Assembly (NCBI GenBank): GCA_964016885.1 | Contig: OZ024749.1 | Span: forward strand, 27,838,001 to 27,902,000 | Origin: Eledone cirrhosa | Lineage: Eukaryota | Reading direction: 5' to 3' | Length of the DNA stretch: 64,000 bases | Shown: positions 56,412 through 64,000 of the stretch, piece after piece | How the letters are laid out: every line of letters starts with the position of its first letter | Position numbering within the stretch: position 1 is the first letter of the stretch | Notes under the pieces: model-generated | Told to the model about the DNA's origin: nothing | The model's input: only the letters and a program-made list of their open reading frames with translations | Database searches by the model: none | Position numbers and translations under genes: made by a program

Positions 56412-56451
56412 AATATGGTTTTATAAATATAGTTTCCATTTATAAATATCG

Positions 56452-56478
<27 letters not shown>

Positions 56479-56482
<4 letters not shown>

Positions 56483-56600
56483 CGACAAGAGCTCAGCCGG
56501 TGAGCCCCGACTCTTTCTAACATAGTCATACTGTACTATCCCAAATATCGAGTACTCTGTTGAATAATGGTCTAACGAGTTTAATACTGGTTCAATCCAG
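56479..56600 (+). mobile_element. Diverged family C relative
   Basis: gaaacgacaagagctcagccgg...actgtactatcccaaatatcgagtactctg...atggtc, between (TA)n tracts. Confidence 0.55.
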
Positions 56601-56616
56601 ATATATATATACATAC

Positions 56617-56647
<31 letters not shown>

Positions 56648-56810
56648 CATATATACATATCCACACACACATTATCATCATCATTATTATGTCAATTTCA
56701 TTTATTGTGTTAAGATTAATGATCATCTGTAAATTAAAGGTGTGGGTTCCATATTTTTTGGAATATATATGTATATATACGTGTGTGTGTATGTGTGTGT
56801 TTATATACAC

Positions 56811-56883
<73 letters not shown>

Positions 56884-57043
56884 CATACATATATATATAT
56901 ATATACATGCACACATGTGCATATGTAACGTATAAACAAGATGTGACCCTCCGACCTCATCCAGTCACTGACCGTGACAACCTGTGTAACCCATACCAGC
57001 ATGGAAAACGGGCATATGATGATGACAACATACCTACACTAAC

Positions 57044-57083
<40 letters not shown>

Positions 57084-57084
<1 letters not shown>

Positions 57085-57226
57085 GGACTCAGTCCAGAAT
57101 TAGCCGTCGAAACGGCTTGAGCTCAGCCGTCGGGGTCTTACTGGTTCCTATTACCCACTCTACTACCCTAAGTATTGAGTACTTTGGTGCGTTATGGTCC
57201 ACCTGGTTCCTTACCACATTTCCTTT

Positions 57227-57229
<3 letters not shown>
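57084..57229 (+). mobile_element. Family C, single arm plus tail
   Basis: tggactcagtccagaattagccgtcgaaacggcttgagctcagccgtcggggtc..., (TA)n on both sides. Confidence 0.85.
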
Positions 57230-57267
<38 letters not shown>

Positions 57268-57403
57268 GTCAAGCTAAGAAGAAAACGATGAAAGACACCA
57301 GTTGACAAGTGAACCAGCCATGTTAAGGAATTCCAAACGACCCAAATAAAGATTGACAAACAGAATACATTAAAGTGAATCAGTGACATATATATATATA
57401 TAT

Positions 57404-57441
<38 letters not shown>

Positions 57442-57444
57442 GCG

Positions 57445-57636
57445 CGACGATGAGCTGAAAAGTTCATAGGCTGACCAAGATACTCTCATGGCATGAGCAA
57501 ATCAGGTTCATTTTCAACGTAGCCCCCGGAAAGAAACAATGCAATTATTAATAAGAGCTGAAATTAATACATGCAAGATTTCACAGCTCTATCATCACTG
57601 CATCAGTCAGCCTATGAACCTTTCAGACGATCCTCG
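57445..57636. mobile_element. Mariner-like MITE or deletion derivative
   Basis: TIRs ctgaaaagttcataggctgac / gtcagcctatgaacctttcag. Confidence 0.75.
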
Positions 57637-57703
<67 letters not shown>

Positions 57704-57704
57704 A

Positions 57705-57985
57705 TAAGAAGAGCCAATATGAAATTGAAAAAAGAATGGAGGAAAATGGACATATTGTGGTTTCTTGCCTGAGATTGGTTCTGGTTAGCAGTCACGGACG
57801 ACGATTTTGGTGTGTGGTTTAATAATCCATTCCGTGGGGACGACGAAAACTCCAGGTTGGTGCCATTTGGGATACAGATACACCTGTGTTTGGTCTCTGT
57901 CGCGGAGACAGGTAAAGCATTTTGGACCCGTCTCCAACAGAATCGCAGTCTTAGGCATTCCATGGAAACATCCGTAAACAGTTAC
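57705..57985. mobile_element. Unclassified CpG-retaining insert, possibly a non-LTR 3' end
   Basis: Bounded by microsatellites; hairpin ggagacagg...cccgtctcc. Confidence 0.35.
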
Positions 57986-58543
57986 ATATATAGATAGATA
58001 TACGTTCGTACGTATGTATGTATATAGATATATATAGGTATATATATATATATATATTTTAATCCTTTACCTGTTCCAGCCGATGGGCTATCGGTATATA
58101 TACGTATGTTGGCATGTGTAGGTATATTTATATGTTCGTATACATGTATACACGTTTATGTTTGTGTATATATAATATATATGCCTATATATAATATAAT
58201 AAATGTGTATGACGATATAGATAATATATTAAAAGTTAAATCTAGTGATGAAATATAAATTTATTTTGGTGGACGTTGATGTTTGAAAATACGAAAGATA
58301 GAGAGAAAATATAAAAATAATCTTATCGTATAGGAGGTTCTCCTAGCCTCTACTTTCAATATGACAACCAAGCTTGGTGTGTGTGAGGAGGGCGTCTGTA
58401 CGTGTGAGGGAGTGTGTATGTGTCTGTGAGTACGTCTGACTGCTTGTGTGTGTCTGTGTGTATGTCTGACTGCTTGTGTATGTGTGTGTAGGTATGAGGG
58501 TGTGTACGTGTGAGGAAGGGTGTGTGTGTGTACGTGTGAGGGA

Positions 58544-58580
<37 letters not shown>

Positions 58581-59080
58581 TGCGTACGTCTGACTGCATG
58601 TGTGTCTGTGTTGGTGCCTGTGTGTGTCTGCGTACGTCTGACTGCATGTGTGTCTGTGTTGGTGCCTGTGTGTGTCTGCTTGTGTGTGTGTATGTTTGTG
58701 CTTGAGTGTGTGTACGTGAGTGTGTGTGTCCGTACGTGTGAGTTATGTGTGTGTGAGTGCCTGTGTGTGTACGTGAAAGTAACTGAGTGTATGTGTAAGT
58801 AAGAAGCGTTTATCCGTAGATATGTACTTAATACATTAAGTCAATAAACTACACATCTTATGTCTGACAGAATTCTTAGATTCTTGAAACGGTTCCTGTC
58901 CTGTAGAAGTCATTTTTATTTTTATTTTTATCAGAAATAAATTATACATACGTGTGTATATGCGTGCATGTATGTGTGAGCATATGTCTATGTATATGTA
59001 AATATGTGTGTGTATATTTGAAGTGTATGAGTGTGTGTACTTGTGGGTGTGTGTGTGTGTATGTGTGTGTATATGTGAAG

Positions 59081-59115
<35 letters not shown>

Positions 59116-59980
59116 GTGTGAAGAGTGTGTGTATGAGTGTGTATGTAACGTGTTGTTGGTTAAGACTGTTTGCCCAATTAACAATGAGAGAGAGAGAGAA
59201 AGCACTAATTATCGAAAATATGACGAAGAGATATGAAAAAAAAGAAGACACACAAGAAACAAAGTCAAACAAAAGTCACACACACACACACAGTCACATA
59301 CACACAGTCACACACAAACTGTTGAGGGAATTCGTAGTAAAAAATACGGAGACATTCACCATAAATCTAGAATATTATCTCACTCCTCATCCTTCACCTT
59401 CTGTTATTGGTGGGGGTGAAGGTGGTGGTGGTGGTGGTGTTGTTGAAGATGGTGTTATTGTTGTCGTCGGTTGGTGGTGGTGGTGGTTGTGGTGGTGATG
59501 GTGAAGGTGGTGGTGTTGTTGGTAGTTTTGGTGGTTGTGATGGTGTTGTTGGTGATGGTGGTAGTGAAGGTGTTGATGGTGATGATGGTATTGGTGGTAG
59601 TGAAGATGGTATTATTGTTGTCGGTGGTGGTGGTGATGGTGATGTTGATGGTGGTGATGGTGTTAGTGTTGTTGGTAGTGGTGATGTTGGTGACGGTAGA
59701 GATGGTGTTAGTGGTAGTGGCGCTGGTGGTGTTAGTGGCGCTGGTGGTGGTGTCGGTGTTGTTGAGAGGAGGGAAGAAAAGTGAGAGACAGTCAAGTACA
59801 GACTAGAGAGCCAGCAATGTTGTGTATACAACAGTGGAAAAGGGGGAACCCCTCTCATACACCACCACCGCCACCACTATTATTATTATATCACAAGTAT
59901 GTATGTATGTATATATATATACACACACGCATACACACGGGACTGACATCGAGTGTGTGTGTGAGAGTGTGTGATAATTG

Positions 59981-60019
<39 letters not shown>

Positions 60020-60050
60020 TAAATGGAAACTATATTTATAAAACCATATT

Positions 60051-60116
60051 TATTTTATTATACATATTTCAAGGGCAACCAAGGCAAATTATGGTGCGCT
60101 TTCATCAGATAAAATA
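60051..60116 (-). ncRNA. Type I hammerhead ribozyme (family B)
   Basis: Exact reverse complement of 60244-60309. Confidence 0.82.
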
Positions 60117-60243
60117 CAGATTTGTTTTATAAATAAATATTGACATACCCGGAAAAAAAGGCAACCTTAAAGGAAGCTCCAACCGTTAAGGTTGCCTTTT
60201 TTTCCGGGTATGTCAATATTTATTTATTTATAAAACAAATCTG

Positions 60244-60309
60244 TATTTTATCTGATGAAAGCGCACCATAATTTGCCTTGGTTGCCCTTGAAATATGTAT
60301 AATAAAATA
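60244..60309 (+). ncRNA. Type I hammerhead ribozyme (family B)
   Basis: TATTTTAT-CTGATGA-aag c gca cca taatttgcct tgg t tgc c ctt-GAAA-TATGTA-TA-ATAAAATA; 8-bp stem I; AUA triplet; predicted cut after 60301. Confidence 0.82.
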
Positions 60310-60423
60310 AATAGGATTTTATAAATATAGTTTCCATTTATTAATATATTGTATATTTACTCCACTAACTGTTGAGTGTTTTATATCAGTTATAAATTTT
60401 TTAAAATTAAATATAACCTCAGC

Positions 60424-60460
<37 letters not shown>

Positions 60461-60844
60461 GTCAAAAAGAGAGAGTGAAAGCGAAAAAGACGGCGAGTGT
60501 GTGTGTGTGTAGAGAGAGGGGTGGCTTTAAAAGGCAGTGTTGCTATCAATAATACTGTTACACAACCACTACTAATACTACCACCACCTACAAACACGAC
60601 TACTACTGTTACTACTACCACAACCAACACTACAACAGGCACTACTACAACTACTGCAACACCTACTGCTACCACCAACGCTTCTACTATTATTACCAAC
60701 ACTACTACTAATACGATGTCTGCTGTTACTACTACTATCACCACCACTACTACTACTATTATTACAACCACCACCAACACTACAACTACCACCTCTACTA
60801 CTACTTCAATCACTACCACCAACACTACTACTACTACTATCTAC

Positions 60845-61055
60845 TGCTACCACTACTACTAAGATATCTACTACTACTACTACTACTACTAAGATATCTA
60901 CTACTACTACTACTACTACTAAGATATCTACTACTACTACTACTACTAAGATATCTACTACTACTAAGATATCTACTACTACTACTACTACCACTAAGAT
61001 ATCTACTACTACTACTACTACTACTACTACCACTACTACTAAGATATCTACTGCT
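60845..61055. repeat. (CTA)n punctuated by AAGATAT
   Basis: Direct inspection. Confidence 0.9.
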
Positions 61056-61113
61056 ACTATAACAATGTGGATGGAATAAGATGAAAGAAAGTGAACTGGC
61101 AAAGAAAAGATTT

Positions 61114-61585
61114 GGTGTTACCGTAATGGTGTGGTGGTGTGGTGTGGTGGCGCAATATGGTGGTGTTACCGTAATGGTGTGGTGGTATGGTGGTGTTACC
61201 GTAATGGTGTGGTGTGGTGGTGTTACCGTAATGGTGTGGTGTGGTGGTATGGTGATGTGGTGTGGTGGTGTTACCGTAATAGTGTGGTGGTGTGGTGGTG
61301 TTACCGTAATGGTGTGGTGGTGTGGTGTTACCGTAATGGTGGTGTGGTGGTGTTACCGTGGTGGTGTGGTGGTGTTACCGTAATGGGGTGGTGTGGTGGT
61401 GTTACCGTAATGGGGTGGTGTGGTGTGGTGGTGTTACCGTAATGGTGTGGTGTGGTGGTATGGTGGTGTGGTGGCGCAATATGGTGGTGCTACCGTCATG
61501 ATGTGGTGTGGTGGTATGGTGGTGTGGTGTAGTGGCGTAATATGGCGGTGTTACCGTGGTGGTGTGGTGTAGTGCGGGTATGGTG
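61114..61585. repeat. ggtgttaccgtaatggtgtggt minisatellite
   Basis: Direct inspection. Confidence 0.9.
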
Positions 61586-61912
61586 TTATGTGTTGATGGA
61601 GGTGGTTGTGAGGTGTGGGCATACAGTGGTGGTGATGTAATGTGGTTGCGTAGTGTGTGCAGGTGGTGGTGGTTGTGTAGTGTGTGCAGGTGGTGGTGGT
61701 TGTGACGTGTGGTATAGGGTGGTGGTGGTATGGTGTGGTGGTACGGTGATGAAGGTGGGGTGTGGTGGTGGTGGCATGGTGTAGTGTTCTGGTGGTGTGC
61801 TATGCTGGACTGGTTGTGGAGTGTGAAACAAACAATGGTGTTGGTGTTGTTGGCAGTGGTGTGGCATTGGTATAGTGTAATATGGTGTAATATGTGTATA
61901 GAGAGGAGAATG

Positions 61913-63445
61913 TAGCTATACCAACAGATATACCAAGCCTACATTAGTACATAGTGTCTCTAGCTATACCAACAGATATACCAAGCCTACATTAGTACAT
62001 AGTGTCTCTAGCTATACCAACAGATATACCAAGCCTACATTAGTACACACAGTGTCTCAAGCTATACCAATAGATATACCAAGTCCTACATTAGTACACA
62101 GTGTCTATAGATATACCAATTCCTACATTAGTACACAGTGTCTATAGATATACCAAGTCCTACAATAGTACACAGTGTCTCTAGCTATACCAATATATAT
62201 ACCAAGTCCTACATTAGTACATAGTGTCTATAGTTATACCAATAGATATACCTAGTCCTACATTAGTGCATAGTGTCTCTAGCTATACCAATAGATATAC
62301 CTAGTCCTACATTAGTACATAGTGTCTCTAGCTATACCAACAGATATACCAAGCCTACATTAGTACATAGTGTCTCTAGCTATACCAACAGATATACCAA
62401 GCCTACATTAGTACACACAGTGTCTCAAGCTATACCAATAGATATACCAAGTCCTACATTAGTACACAGTGTCTATAGATATACCAATTCCTACATTAGT
62501 ACACAGTGTCTATAGATATACCAAGTCCTACAATAGTACACAGTGTCTCTAGCTATACCAATATATATACCAAGTCCTACATTAGTACATAGTGTCTATA
62601 GTTATACCAATAGATATACCTAGTCCTACATTAGTGCATAGTGTCTCTAGCTATACCAATAGATATACCTAGTCCTACATTAGTACATAGTGTCTCTAGC
62701 TATACCAATAGATATACCTAGTCCTACATTAGTGCATAGTGTCTCTAGCTATACCAATAGATATACCAAGTCCTACATTAGTACATAGTGTCTCTAGCTA
62801 TACCAATATATATACCAAGTCCTACATTAGTACACAGTGTCTCTAGCTATACCAATAGATATACCAAGTCCTACATTAGTACATAGTGTCTATAGATATA
62901 CCAAGTCCTACATTAGTACATAGTGTCTATAGATATACCAAGTCCTACATTAGTACATAGTGTCTCTAGCTATACCAATATATATACCAAGTCCAACATT
63001 AGTACACAGTGTCTCTAGCTATACCAATAGATATACCTAGTCCTACATTAGTACATAGTGTCTATAGATATACCAATAGATATACCAAGTCCTACATTAG
63101 TACATAGTGTCTATAGATATACCAAGTCCAACATTAGTACACAGTGTCTCTAGCTATACCAATAGATATACCTAGTCCTACATTAGTACACAGTGTCTAT
63201 AGATATACCAATAAATATACCAAGTCCTACATTAGTACATAGTGTCTATAGATATACCAAGTCCAACATTAGTACACAGTGTCTCTAGCTATACCAATAT
63301 ATATACCTAGTCCTACATTAGTACACAGTGTCTCTAGATATACCAATAGATATACCAAGTCCTACATTAGTACACAGTGTCTCTAGCTATACCAATAGAT
63401 ATACCAAGTCCTACATTAGTACACAGTGTCTATAGATATACCAAA
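61913..63445. repeat. About 49-bp satellite with 37-bp variants
   Basis: tagctataccaatagatataccaagtcctacattagtacatagtgtctc, about 30 copies. Confidence 0.95.
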
Positions 63446-63559
63446 GCCCTCAATAATATAGTGTGTGTGGCTAGACGAATAGATATACCAAAGCTGTGAC
63501 TAGTACACATAGATGTACCAATTGCCAAACACTATATGCTAAGTAGATTGTAAAAGTGC

Positions 63560-63601
<42 letters not shown>

Positions 63602-63734
63602 GTAAAAGTACACACATATATATGTGTGTCTATATATATATATAGTTGTAAGAGTATACATATATATGTTATATGTATATATAAAATTGTCAATATGTTT
63701 CTTAGTCATGGCAATTATCTATACATCTATCTAC

Positions 63735-63780
<46 letters not shown>

Positions 63781-63781
63781 G

Positions 63782-63820
<39 letters not shown>

Positions 63821-63843
63821 GTAATATATATATATATATAATG

Positions 63844-63878
<35 letters not shown>

Positions 63879-63880
<2 letters not shown>

Positions 63881-64000
63881 GAAGGAATTGTGGTAAGGAA
63901 CCAGATGGACCATAACGCACCAGAGTACTCAATACTTAGGGTAGTAGAGTGGATAATAGGAAAAAGTATGACCCCGACGGCAGAGCTCAAGCCGTTTCGA
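63879..64000 (-). mobile_element. Family C element, cut by the window end
   Basis: Reverse complement of tail plus arm; same subfamily as 55765 (gaaaaagtatgacccc, ggcagagctc). Confidence 0.85.

Larger units (their letters stand above)
55981..56451. mobile_element. HHR family B element: inverted arms (about 56072-56205 / 56318-56451) with left-side tail, flanked by (TA)n
   Basis: Arms are reverse complements; homologous to 60012-60425. Confidence 0.85.
60012..60425. mobile_element. HHR family B element: palindrome (60012-60170 / 60186-60348) with right-side tail
   Basis: Near-perfect arms of about 160 bp, 15-nt loop; tail matches the reverse complement of 56025-56075. Confidence 0.88.

Overview
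AT-rich, repeat-saturated animal non-coding DNA. The SINE and RTE families resemble those I know from octopod cephalopods (inference). I can support no protein-coding gene: almost every listed ORF is a microsatellite or minisatellite translation, and the few protein-like stretches are decayed RTE-clade LINE fragments. The window is a mosaic of tRNA-derived SINEs (at least 3 families), RTE LINE pieces, TTAA-, TA- and 8-bp-TSD MITEs, and many satellites, including a 46 x 80-bp array. The main signal is a set of hammerhead ribozyme (HHR) motifs from three families unrelated in sequence, plus a fourth family that carries only the 3' half of an HHR. They lie in short ORF-less inserts, mostly inside (TA)n tracts, and several form fold-back (inverted) pairs with a one-sided tail. 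Copies show compensatory base changes, self-complementary stem III sequences, and a shared C-C mismatch at the fourth stem II position. One has a stem II of about 105 nt. The layout fits Penelope-like element pLTR remnants or non-autonomous retrozyme-like elements. All folds were paired by eye; cleavage activity is untested.
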